A stretch of 64,000 bases of DNA, taken from assembly GCA_964057225.1 (NCBI GenBank), contig OZ059896.1, positions 15,996,001 to 16,060,000 of the forward strand. Reading direction: 5' to 3'. Below the pieces are notes generated by a model. That model saw only the letters and a list, made by a program, of their open reading frames with translations, had not been told where the DNA came from and made no database searches. The stretch comes from Auanema rhodensis. Lineage: Eukaryota > Animalia > Nematoda. The translations under genes and the position numbers were made by a program. Shown here one piece after another: positions 13,257-25,789 of this stretch (positions within the stretch are counted from its first letter, which is position 1; the number at the start of each line of letters is the position of its first letter).

Positions 13257-13782
13257 TCGACGGTTGTTGCAGTTTCGGAAAGTCATGATATAATAGTATT
13301 CAAGTTGATCAAAGGAACATTCGAGAAGTTTCCCCGCGGTACGGAAACACTTTACCGCGGAAGGGAGTATCTTCAGCTGGGAGTAAACTCCCGCCGAGAG
13401 CCGATATGGAATCAGGGAATTATTTCGGAGAGGAAAAGTATGTCTAATTTCTTCACTTTACAAATGTTAATTTTTTGATTCAGTGGGCTTTTACATTGGA
13501 ACTTCGCATGGACAGGCAGGAGATTCGGGATCTGGGATTTTCGACTCTTAGGGATTCTTCCTTGAAATCTCTGTGGCTAAGAAGTGTTTCTCGTTCTCCG
13601 ATCGGGAAAACATGCCGGTTGGAAAAATCGCGGACCAACACACAGACACCCGGATCATCAGTTCTGAAGTTATCTTTGCTTTCTCGGGAATTGTAGATGA
13701 AGAAGTAAGTTGTTTTATTTTTAGTTAGAGAATTGGTTTAATTGTTATGTTTCAGCTGGAGCCGGCAGAGAAACGCTGCTAA
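13257..13782 (+). pseudogene. Intron-containing trypsin-like serine protease cargo (wosp-like), 5'-truncated
   Basis: Exons 13257-13437, 13484-13704 and 13756-13782 are joined by GTATGT..TTCAG and GTAAGT..TTTCAG introns. Product: STVVAVSESHDIIVFKL...MGFYIGTSHGQAGDSGSGIFDS*GFFL...LEPAEKRC*. GDSGSG starts at 13519; in-frame TAG at 13549. Confidence 0.85.
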
Positions 13783-13867
13783 TCCGATAAGCAGTTTCCC
13801 TCCTAAATTCTTCAGTTTGCGACCGGAAGATATCGTTGATTACGATTCAAATATCTTTTATTATATC

Positions 13868-14173
13868 CGGCAAATTCTCATGAATATACCACGGAAGTTC
13901 TTAATCTTTAATATTTCTACTAATTCAATGAGATCAGAATTTGTCAGAGGTTTAAGATTTTGGGAAAAGCTCATTTAGAAACAATAAAAACAAATGAAAA
14001 ATTGAAAGTGGCACTTCTACGTCCAGCCCAAATAGTGACGTTTTTCAAAAATGACTGATTTTCTATGAGCTTAGACACTTTTTTGATGAAAATAAACGTT
14101 AAAACAGTCAAAATGTGTAAAAAACGTTATTTGGGTAAAATGACCGTCCAGCGTCAACCATTTGTATACTACT
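13868..14173 (-). repeat. Maverick right TIR with intact ACTACT terminus
   Basis: Inverted copy of 8869-9106 plus a 72-bp outer extension ending TACTACT (5'-AGTAGT on the minus strand). Confidence 0.92.
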
Positions 14174-15511
14174 GATACATATTATTATATTTATTATAAC
14201 TTATAAATTAATGTTCACATATATTTTATAATATGTATTGATGTTTAAAACAATTTATAGTCAATCTTGTCCATATATCAAGTTTTTTCAGACCATTTGA
14301 TATAATTATTCTCAATGCTGGTCAGATGTTTCCTGAAAAAACCATAACAACATGGACTTGAAGTTAATTGAAAAACGAGCATCAGCAGTAGGCTCTCCAG
14401 GATCATCATAATGATCTTCAACTTGTGTGCAATACTTATTGATTCTTAAATGTACATAATTTATTTAGAAAATCTTAATAAATAATAAATAATTGAAATA
14501 CAATCAAACCCAAAACGACCAGAAAAAAACAAATAAGTTGATGAAAACTAGAATTAAGATAGAATCATTTCTTTAAGCAATTGAATGTCTTGGTTCAGTA
14601 ACTCAATGGCTACTTCATCATCCTTGTTTTTAATGCAGTTCACAACACCTTTCTGACAAGAAGATAGTAACTCATGTGCTTTCTGGAAAAAAAGAAAAGA
14701 AAAATTAATCAAATGAGCATAAGGGTTGAACCTGAGGAACGCTTTCATTCAGTTCAGATATCAACCTGGCAACGAATTTTCCACTAGCAGTAGTTGGTCG
14801 ACCAGCTTTAGCCAAGAGGAGGAGAACCGCGGTTAACAAGATAGCGGCAGGTTCAGATTGGTTTTTCAAAGATTCCTCGAGTTCTTTTATATAACCCTCT
14901 GTCCAAATAGAACTAAAGACGACAAATTAATCAGAAGAGTAAAACTGAATTGCTAACATAGCCTTGTTGTCAGCTGGTCTTAACATCAAGGAGCATCCAG
15001 TTCTGGAGGAAACGGATTCCATGGCATCATGTAAGGTGTTGTAGTCTTGCTTTAAAGAATCATACAAGGATGTGATGGCTTCACGAGATCCGGAAGGTAA
15101 TGACGAGATTGTTTCTTCTCTTTGCTAAAGTAATCGAATAAGAAAGTTTAGAAGATACTCCTCACCTTCTCGGTCAGGTTACCCGCATTTTCGGTACCAG
15201 ATGCATAAGTAAGTACAGCAGCAGCCAATTCACCACCAACACTTCGCATGATATGAGCAGTAAGGTCAGAACCAAGAGGATCTAATGTGACATTATATGT
15301 AAGTCGTGTGAAGTTTGTTGTACCTGGATAAGTACGGGATGATGCCTCAAATGCACAAATGGAATCATAAAGGGAGCGAGCTTTAGATTGAACAGCCTGA
15401 ATATTACGCTTCTGAGATTGAGCATCAGCAGATTGTTGAGTCAGAAGGAGTTCCTTTACACGATTTCTAAGCTTATCTTCAACCTAAAGAGTACATGCTG
15501 TAATAAGATAG
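14174..15511. repeat. Right copy of the flanking duplication (797-bp internal deletion in the SDR part)
   Basis: Matches 6720-6911, then jumps to 7709 across a shared AAG; also has a 2-bp deletion (AACAGAACAT to AACAACAT). Confidence 0.95.
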
Positions 15512-17787
15512 GCGCTACTGCACGATAAACCTGCTCAATAAGTCCTTCAGATACACTCTCGATCAGAGATTCAGGAAGATCAGACAATTCTTTAATCCAC
15601 TCTTCGATAGTCTACAAGAACATGAACATCATGGACACCCATTCGATCAAACCTGATTGCTAACAGAAACAACTCCAAAATTAGAACGGTCATCTGCATC
15701 TGGAGACTTGGCTTTTCCACCCTTACCCCCAGCTTTACCTCCCTTCTTCTTACCCTTGCCTTTGTTGTCACCCCAATCATCATCCTGAAAATTAGATCAC
15801 AATCAATAAAATTTCAAAAAAATGTCAACTTACATCATCAACTTTCTTAGCAGAAGATGTCTGTTTACTATGCTGTTTCTTTTCCTTTTCCAGTCTTTCT
15901 AACTAAATTATATAGGAAGTTAGTGAACAATACAACATATTAAGATAAAACCTCAGCATGGGCAGTTTTTTCAATTGTTTGTTCAAGATTTTTTAATGTC
16001 TCGCGCAATAGATTAATAGAATATAAATATCCTTGAGCCGACAATAGGTTCTAAAATATAATAAATTCTCAAAACCATAAGTTCTGTTATTGAACCTTAT
16101 CATTCTTAACAAGTTTTTCGGCGAGTTCGTCCACATCTTCAATTTCAAATGGAATTCCTAGATTCTGAATGACATTCTGTACATCACAAAACTTGTGAAT
16201 ATCAACTGATTCTGAAGCAATAACATATGAAAAACAACACTCTAAGTTGAACAACCTTTGATTGCAAGAACGCATTGTTCATACAATGAAGGCGATACAA
16301 AAAGAGTTGGAAGATTTTGTACTTTTTTTTCAGAAGTAAAAAGAGATGTAGAAGCCTCGGTATCAGGAACACCAACCTTTCTCAGAACAGATTTTGCTGC
16401 AAGCTCTCATAACATAAGAAAACCCATATAAAACAACTTACGTATAAATTCATTCTGTTTATAACTATTTTGTAAATATGACTCAACCAGCTTGTCATGC
16501 AAACGAGGAATGTATAAACAGTTGGGAGAAGTACGGGAACCTGTCACTCGTCCAGTAATCTAAATTATAAGTAAATATAATTTTAATTATTATATTTTAT
16601 TTTTTATTTTTAAATTCAAGGAATCTTTCTACGTTTCGGGTAAAATGAGCTGAATGAGACGCGCACGTGAAACAAAGATAGATTACGTGAACAGTTTAAT
16701 TATTATTACAACATTTTAAGAACCGGTCCGTTTCGCTGTATAAAAACAAAACGAAAAAAATCTATTTCCTATTATATAGTCTCAAACACCTAATTTTCGA
16801 TAAATTCAATCAAATGAATTTTTTTAAAATTACCTCCCCCATTTCCAAAAGCTGATTATAAGAACACCAAAATCTTTTTTTTGAGGGATGAACACGACTT
16901 TGAATTGTTGAGATAGGCGTTGGTCTGAATATAAGGCAATGAAAATTAAATGTATTTAAATGAAATACTTGGTAACAGCAAGAAGAACAGATCGAAGAAG
17001 GTTTCTGTGCTGATCCAAATACGCCTGAGTGTATATGTATAGTATATCACCATCGACAATTCCATCGAAATCAGCTGGCAAGTTTTTTAACACTAATGAA
17101 TTAAGTAATTCCTATAATTTAATTAGTTCACAATAATTGTGCGTATACGTTGAACTAACAAGAGAAATATCCCAATGCCTGCAAAGTTCAGGTAATGATT
17201 CAGCTCCGTTTTCATTTAAGATCACACGAAGATCAGCAATTAGATTATCAACATATTCTCTAAATAAGCTAACGTTTCCACAGAAATATCACAAATAATC
17301 TAACCTGGCGAAGAGCTCTCCATTGCTTAAAACATATTCAGATTCTTCCTGAAGAACAGTTTGTGCAGCTCTGTCGACATGATCAAAGTCAATGTTAAGA
17401 GCTGCAGCAATATCAGTCAGAGAAGCACGACCGCGATTGGCTAGGCATTCATTTTTCACCTAAATAATAAAAAGAAAGTTAGGGATAAGAAGAAAAAATA
17501 TGCCTCGGTGCATAAATGCTTCTTAGTAACATAGGCACTACCATCTCTTGTGAAAACAACATCAATCAGTTGTTTGTTTATAAGCTTGGTAACAACTTCA
17601 ATGCAATTTGCATCGGACAACCTAGAAACAACTTTTGTGTGAAGTACTATATCAAAAAAGAAACTTAGAGTCTGCTTTTGAATAAGAAATTAATATTAAG
17701 TGCTAATACTTACTTTTTTGCTGATTGTGATAACTGAACACGTTGCAAATCAGCAGCTAAACGCTGAATATCCGCCCATGATGTCAT
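14554..17787 (-). CDS. ufl-1: E3 UFM1-protein ligase 1 (UFL1), intact
   Basis: N-terminus MTSWADIQRLAADLQRVQ...RLSDANCIEVVTKL...VFTRDGSAYVT; central GDNKGKGRR basic segment; ends LKEMILS*. Confidence 0.93.
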
Positions 17788-18079
17788 CTATTAAGAAAAT
17801 AAATTATCAATCTAATTTTAAAATGTGATATGTAAAGGAGAAGACAACTCCAGACAATGTGATGTCAAATAAATAGAAAAGCTTTTATTCGGTTAAAAAT
17901 AATAAATATCAAAATAAATTATAAATATCACAGTAGCTTATTAGTTAGTGCTCAGAAAACCCTATGATTTTTATAAACAAAAAGACACTTATCCTCCGTA
18001 TTTACATATATATATATATATACTTATTTTATCTTATAACACATAAAAACCCGAAGAAGAATGATTACAGGTTAACTTT

Positions 18080-20854
18080 TTAAATTTCTTCTTCATCTTC
18101 ATCGACAGTACTCTCTGGTACTGTCTGTACAGCAGTAGGTTCAGGAGTCTGACTTCTTTCTGAAATATAATAAAAATTATAAATAATATTTAAATTCAAT
18201 ATACCTGATATTTCAAGGTGAGATCTATTCAATAAAACTTGTAATTCCTCACAAACAACAGCGAGGGTCTCAGCAATTTGCTTACAATATTCAACATCAC
18301 AGTGAATCTGGAAAATTTAAATAAAATATTTAAACTGAAATTGAAATAGGTACCTGTGCTTTAATCTTATCGTCATCAGAAACTCCTTCCTGAGCATTAC
18401 CTTTTCTCTTGAATCTTGATAGGCTTGATCCAGTGGCATCTACGCCATCCAGAACCTAAATTAGTATTAACAGCTAAGGACAATCAATGTTTAGTACCTC
18501 TTTGGCTTTCACACAGAAGTACTCAAGAGCTCCTGAATACAGATTTTCAGCTATTTTATCACTATCATCATATTCGGCTTCCTACAAATAATATTTTGAG
18601 ATTAATTGTAAAACCACTCAATACCTCGAGAGAACCAACTATCACACGTATTAAATCAAAAGCCTCAATTACATAATTTGAATGAATTGTTGGTAATGGT
18701 TTACGAGTCCAACGATATTGCTTGGGAATGTCACAAACACCATCCAAGATCTAAATAAAGAAATAAAAATATCCTACTAGGTTTTCAGCCAACCTTATTT
18801 ATTTTTTCTTGTACTAATTCAACGATTTTCTTGTCATATTTCGCACATTCAATATCAAGTAATCCGCCCAGCCTTGTTAAGCACTGACCGAATAGAGATG
18901 TATCAACATCAAGATCTCTAAAAATATATTTTTTGAAAGAATTTGAATAAAGCTATGCCTTAGTTTAGTCCAAATTTTTTCTAAAGCAAGATCGAAAATC
19001 TTATTGTATACAAGTTTGGCATCTGATCTGAGATAAAGTAGGCATTGCCAGTTTTCTGTACCTTCTATCGAACCAACATTATCAACAGTGATACTTCTAC
19101 AGTAATAATTAAGTAAAATAGGTTCTCTTAAGATCAACATACTGATACATGGCTTTGAACCATCCATAATGCTTTCCTGCCATTCTCAACGTAAATTCCC
19201 ACAATTTATCGATCAAAGGTGGTAGATACACATCGTCATCCCAAACTGTTTCAACAGCGGTAGTAACCGTGTTTGAAGTTGTAAATCTGGGACTTCCTTC
19301 CTGCAGTAATTCAAAAGTTAATTAATACTGGTGAATCGTGACTTACTTCCCAATCAGTAGCCAGAGTTATGGCTTCAGGGTTAAGTTCCGAATCTAATTT
19401 CCTTGTGAACTTGTGAGTTTCTAACTTGAAATAGACTACAAGATTGAATTTATCTCTGATTCCTTTGAGTAATGTCCTAAAGTATTAATAATAGGAAATA
19501 GAACATTTTTGAAAAATAGTACCGGCATTGAGTTCCTGATGGCCATTCAGAAATGAAAACTTGAGTTGCCAAATAGCATTTATGGAACAAACGTGTATCA
19601 CTTGGAACAGCAACTCTACCTAACTTCTGAAAATACAGAACTTTTATTCTTCTTAATATCTCTAGAAAAATGCCTTATCTATGAAAATTTGTACAAAATT
19701 GAGCAATGTATGATCTAAGAACAAAGATATGCTACCCGCAAATCTTGAGCCAAGTGCAGAAGCCCAGTTTTGTCTCGTCTGAATAAATTTCGTATATTAC
19801 AGATCCTAAAAAAATATCTTACCTTTTTTACGTCATTGTATACAGCCATCATAGATGCATATAGATCCGTATTTTCTTTAACAAGCTTTGGATAAAGAAA
19901 ATCAACAACCAACGCAGAAGTAAAACTATCAGTTGACTTAATAACTGTCAAAACGGACAAAATCTGAACATATTTTTCAACAAAAACAATTACTGAAAAA
20001 AATACCAATGGAAAAGTATTGCAATCAGAATCCAGACTTTTCACACCTTCGACGCAAAGCTTCTTTTCGAGTTTTTCAAATACCTGGATTATGTAGAAAT
20101 ATGTATGAAACATGATAATTAATGACTACCTTATCTTTACTTTTCTTTTCTTTTTCTGTCATTCTTTCTTCGTCATGTGTAGTTATATCCACGATGCAAG
20201 AAGATATTTTTTCAAGCCAAAGTAGAGTTGGTAATCCAGAAGCATTATTTACAAGATTGTTTAATCGATGAAGAGAAGATAGGAAAGCAATTCTGTTTCT
20301 TAAAGCACTCTGAATTTGAAATACGCTTTGAGCAGTAGATTATGACATTTGATACCTGTATTCCACGATTTGCCGTCAATTGTTCGCAACTTATTTCAAC
20401 CTTTTCTGCAATTTCTACAGCTTCTTTTGTACTAGTTTCAAAATCAACCCAAACACTCTATAATTTGAAAAATCATAAACTAAATTGTTTTAGTTTTCCA
20501 TACAGATAAGTCTTTGTCAATTTTTTCGATGGTTGAATGAAGGCACACCAAATTTGAGGATAAATGTACGAAATCAGCGTAGTCATCGTTAATTAGTTCA
20601 ATCATAGAATGTTGAAGACTTTTTAAATATAACCGTAGATCTTTTTGAATCTGATCCAGACCAGCCCGTCTTAAGGTTATGATATTATGGGTATTATACT
20701 TCATTATCACTTACCTTCTGGTAAGATTCATAAACCGTTGGACATCAAAATCAGGCCTACTAAAGTGAGCTTTGGAAAAGCACAGTTGAGAATCATCAAT
20801 AGTGAATGTGGACGGTGCGAAAATTCGCGGAGATACAACCTCACTAGCTTCCAT
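18080..20854 (-). CDS. cogc-2: Conserved oligomeric Golgi complex subunit 2 (COG2)
   Basis: LCFSKAHFSRPDFDVQRFM...DLRLYLKSLQHSMIELINDDYADFVHLSSNLV; IPKQYRWTRKPLPT; VSDDDKIKAQ. Confidence 0.92.
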
Positions 20855-21133
20855 TTTCGATTTACGTATGAATATTAGCTATGACTACCAGTAGCATTCA
20901 ATATTTTTCAGGATGGAATAAATTTTCAGAGAAGTATGGTAAACTAGGGAGATATAAGACTTGGCCAAAATGTTCCCTAGTTGGTTTGTGTGCTTTATGA
21001 GTGTAACCATTTTTGTTCTAACGTCTATTATTTCAAATCTATCTTTAAAATTTTTAAAATTGGTATACGATACCTAGGTGCATATGGTTTTGTTTTCTTA
21101 GACTCTCTTACTGCTTACTAAATATTCTAAAAT

Positions 21134-21690
21134 ATGAGTCTTGATTCATCCCAACTGGTCTCTAATACTGTTAGAACAGCTATTAAACGAGAAGGAAAAT
21201 TTGATGCTATTAGAAATAAAGAATTAGCTGTACTTACTGCAGATCCTCTCGTAGTCGATTTAAAGGTATATTTGAATTCAAAGTAATTTATTGTATTATA
21301 TACTATACATTATAGACTAATGTAGAAAAAGTTGTCGAAGATATTGTTAGAAATATGCCATCCAACTGGACGAGAGAACAATTAAGAAATAAAGTTAAAG
21401 AACGTTTAATGACAGACCAGTATATAAATATATCATTACTTAAAAACTAGGAATCCAAAAACATTTTTCAGATTTCAAACGCCTATTAATGAAAAGGTTC
21501 AAAACCATATTGATTCTGATTTAATTAAAAATGAGCTAGAAAAGGATATTAGAAGAAAGGTTCATCCCCTATTCATATATAATATATTTTTTATTTATAG
21601 GTGCGTGCCAATTATGATTTACCTCCAGAGTCAGGTGAGGAATCTGATTCTAAACAACAAGAAGAAGAAGTCGATATAATGACTGTCTAG
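21134..21690 (+). CDS. Small BOD1/Shg1-domain protein
   Basis: TAIKREGKFDAIRNKEL...VEKVVEDIV...WTREQLRNKVKERL matches the BOD1/Shg1 pattern (K-x-G-x-FD-x-x-R); four exons; ends EEEVDIMTV*. Confidence 0.7.
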
Positions 21691-22204
21691 TCTCTTTTTA
21701 AATTTTGATCTCATGTAATTAACCAGGATTTTAAATAAAAGTTTAAACTGATCAAGACTTATGCTGCTGTTCGAACTTTTAAACTCCAAGTCAGTTGTTA
21801 GGAAGTCACAATGTAAATTATAACAGCTGATCTTTTCTGGAACTCTTATCATACGTACAGATTTTGCAGGAACATTTCACATTTTTTGCTATATGATCAG
21901 ATAGATTTGAAAAGAGTTGTGATGTACTATAGCAACAGAAGCGTTGAACATAATTAAATTCATTTTTTTCAAGTTAAAAACATGAATAAATATATATTTA
22001 TATATGTACACATTGGGCAAACTTGAAAATAAGATATTTGTTTTACATGACAAAAGTCATTTGAATCTTTCGAAAGATTCTACCGGTGCAACTTGTCCAA
22101 AGTATACTCTTATGTACAAAAATCAAAAATGACTAAATAAATGAACAACTCCACAGTAAAAAAGGAGTAAGTGATATTTACAAAGATATTTACAATATAT
22201 ACAT

Positions 22205-24506
22205 CTACTTAGGAGTGTAATGGCCACGCTTGTCCTTCCATCCTTCATAATTTCTTTTAACTGTCTGATACACAGTAGGTCTCTGTATAGAAAAAGGTAC
22301 CGTATATTAGAACTAGTATGAAGTTACCTCTAAAAGTCGATAAGTGGCTTCTTCAATTTTGGAAGAATTCCTGCGAACATAAAGAACAGCGTCTTGTTGC
22401 ATCTGCTCAAGTCTATAACCAACGAGTTTACTATAGTCATATAGAACTCTTCATACCTATCAGGATCTATTTCATCTAATCCGTATGGATATGTCATATA
22501 AGGATTAAGTCTAGAAAAAATGAATATAAAATACAGAAACAAGGGCATGAGAGATACCTGTAGTATACACTAGCATCAATAAGGTCATGCATACTCATGT
22601 GAACCGCTTCAGTATCGGTAGCGCTATCAATTAGTCTAGCTAATTTATTCTGTACTCCTGTAGATTTAACAGTGGGTGCAGGTTCAAGTTCAACAACCTG
22701 ATTGTGTAGAAAACTTATAATGAAATCGAAATTACAAACTTACAGATCGACCATTTCCTAAAGAAATAACGCAATGAAGATTTTCGTCAGGCCATAACAA
22801 CTTCGTTTCGTGAATTCCAATAGCAGTTGGATTGTTAGCAATAACCTAAACAAATGGCTAGTATTAATTTTCTTGTATTTCTAATTCTTACCCCTCCATC
22901 TTGTAGAAGAATTTCCCCAAATTGTACTTCCTCGAAGTAGAAGGGTGCCGCGGCTGATGCCTGAATGGCTTGCCAAAGAGGATGACTTGTACCTCCACGA
23001 TAATGAGAATCTCGCCCAGCAGGATGCTCGTAATTACGGAATACGTAAGGCTTAATACGATATTATCGAAGTGCTAGATTTTAATTATTACTTACCTCCA
23101 ATTTCGGCAAATTAACAATTGAAGCTATAATACTTAGCCTTGGAATGCCAGCAAGCTTAGTGGACTCAATCAAAGTATCATGCTCACCAATAAGCTGTAA
23201 GAAACTGATATTATCAGAACATAATTCAAGCAAAATACTTGTTTCAAAATAGCAATCCATTTAGTAGTGTCATAATATGAATGTTGGCGAATCAGACCAG
23301 TGACTCCTTGAATTTTAGTTTGGTTGAATAGCCTGAAGTAAACAATAATCAGTGAAAAAACTTAAGTTTATCTTACTTCCTAGAAATTTCCATATATATA
23401 TCTCGGCATTCTCTTACTGTATATTTCTGAACACCCAAAAGTGTAGCAATAATAGCTCCTGTACTAACACCAACGACGTGGTCAAACAATTCATAAATCT
23501 AAAGTGTCAATGAAACAAAATTCAGAATAAAGTAGAACTTACTTTACGTCCAGAGATACGCTCCATTTCTTCTAAAATGGCAAGTCCCATCATACCCCTA
23601 GTCCCGCCACCGTCAATGGTTAACAGGTTGATGCCTAAAATTTGAAATAATACATGTACAAACAATATTAAGTACCCCTGCTTTTAACGTTCGGTTGATG
23701 ACCGCAAAGATTTAAGCATTGCCTTGCTTCACCCTGTAAGTTGTCATCGGCAGCATTCTGTTCTAGTTCAATCAAATGAGAAATCAGGTTTGATTCCTAA
23801 ATTCTTAGCATTATAACCTATACGAGCTATAAACGACAACCTGGGCTGCAATACATCTAGTGGGGGGAAAAGCCATGATATGACTGCTTAAGTCTTGAAT
23901 TCTCAACAAACGGGAAGCATCAGATTCAGCTAATAACAGTCGCTTTACAAGCGCACGTGTCTAAATAGCGTACTTTAAAGAGATCCCGTTGATAAGAAAA
24001 CAATTACTTTATTGGTGACTTCAGTGCGCGAAATTTTTCTTTCAATGACTCTATCCGCTTTACTAAAAGATTTTGATTACTGAGTAAACTTGAGCAAAGT
24101 ATCTTACACAGCTTTCACTGGAGCGCCAGCAGTATTAGTTTTTAAAACAGTAGTTTTTTGTTCAGCTATAGAGATTTTTGGGAGCCCAATATTAAAATTA
24201 AAAGAACCCTGAAAAGCCAATAAATTTAAAAAGATAACAGAATTAAAAATATACTTTAGGTAATAATGAGGTGATTGCCCCTGAAAGATATCCGAGATAG
24301 CCTGGAGGTGGCGGCACAGGATGAACAGCAGTTGAGGCGACATCAGTACTACTTTGATCAACACTGAAAGAAAATGTAATAAACTGAAAATGTAATCACT
24401 ACTGATAGGCGTACCTAGTTGGTTCTTTAGTGATTGGTCGCTCCGGGGAGAAAAAGAAACATCTCACGCTTTGCTTAGGAATACGGCATGGAGAAGGTAT
24501 TACCAT
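22205..24506 (-). CDS. Calcium-independent phospholipase A2-gamma (PNPLA8-like patatin)
   Basis: GINLLTIDGGGTRG, GVSTG nucleophile elbow, QDGG-VIANNP, SLGNG. Confidence 0.92.
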
Positions 24507-25789
24507 CTCCACTAAAAAAAATAAAAACTAGTAAATAATTATTTTAACTAAAAACGGAATAAAGCATAAAACAAAAAGAACTAGACAAATCGGCGGCTAA
24601 AATGAATATTGAGATAAGGTAGGCGTGTCGTTTAAAGAAAAGAGAAAAAGTGATGGAGAGAAAGCACGTGGTGCTAGACGAATGCCCTCTTCCCAATCAG
24701 ACCACCTTTTCTTCGTCAGAAAGTTCAATTTTAAAAGAAATAGTCAACATTTCAAATTCAAAAAATATCAATAAAAGCATGAATGTTCAGGGAAAAGAAG
24801 AAAAATTGAACACGTCGATAAAATAAAATGAAATAAAAAAGATCAGAAACGTACGCATCAAAAAAGGTCAATAATCTCAATTTAAAAACTGATAAAAAGA
24901 TTGCATGTTCATTGTTCTTCTATAGTATCATATTGAGTTTGATTGTAACAGATTTTTTTGCGAAAAATATATGAAAATAAAATGCTTGAAAAAAGTGTAT
25001 GATGAAACGGCTTTTTGAAAATCAATGAAAATGAAGTAAAGCGCTATGATCAGTTGCACGGCAACATTACGAAAACTATGTAACAGCGACTTTTGGAATT
25101 ACGACTTACAGATTTTATCACCTTTGGGAAATAAATAATATTAAAGATAAATTTTGGTATAAATGGCGACACAACATAACAGCTGAGCAGCGTCCACTCG
25201 CGCTGCTCCCTCTCCACGCGACATACTATTTCGCAATAGCTTTTTTTTCAAACAAATCGCGTGAGTGTAGTCCAGTCAGTGGGGGAAGTTTCTTAGATCA
25301 ATTAAAGCAAGTTTGTAAAACATTCAAATTATTGTAAATAAAAGTTTTTAGAGATAAAACTATTATTAAATAGTGCATACTATTTTTAAAGTCATCACAT
25401 GTAAAATGCTATCATTTTTCAACTATCATTTGTTTAGTAGCCAGAAGTTTAAGTAGTATATTAAAGTAAAATCATTTTCTTATTTTTTTTTGATTTGTGG
25501 AGTGTTGGTCATGCAAAAATGCATATAATTATGCATATAGCAGGTGTGTATGTCGTGCAATAGATGGGAGATTCATCGTTTTGGGCGGGGCTACGCAATG
25601 GTCTGTGCCGCGTCTCTTTCTCCAAAGGCTACGAAGAAGAGACTCGTTTTCCTCTTCCATCCTACCCTTGTTTTTTTGTTTTTAGGTTTTGAATTAACTT
25701 TGTCACTTTGAGTATCAGAAAGTTTGTTCTTTTTATACTAATAAAGTTTTATTATCTAGATTGTTAAATTTACCATTCACGGATAGCTC

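Larger units (their letters stand above)
8861..14173. mobile_element. Internally deleted, non-autonomous Maverick/Polinton
   Basis: Long inverted terminal repeats, right terminus ...ACTACT (14168-14173), adenain-like protease, protein-primed PolB remnants and a TPGLMELL-motif ORF. No integrase, ATPase or capsid ORF was seen. Confidence 0.93.

Noticed and set aside
13475-13978. ORF-track ORFs 13475..13696 and 13742..13978
   Set aside because: The first is the wrong frame of the spliced protease exon; the second is mostly antisense of the TIR-borne protease start.
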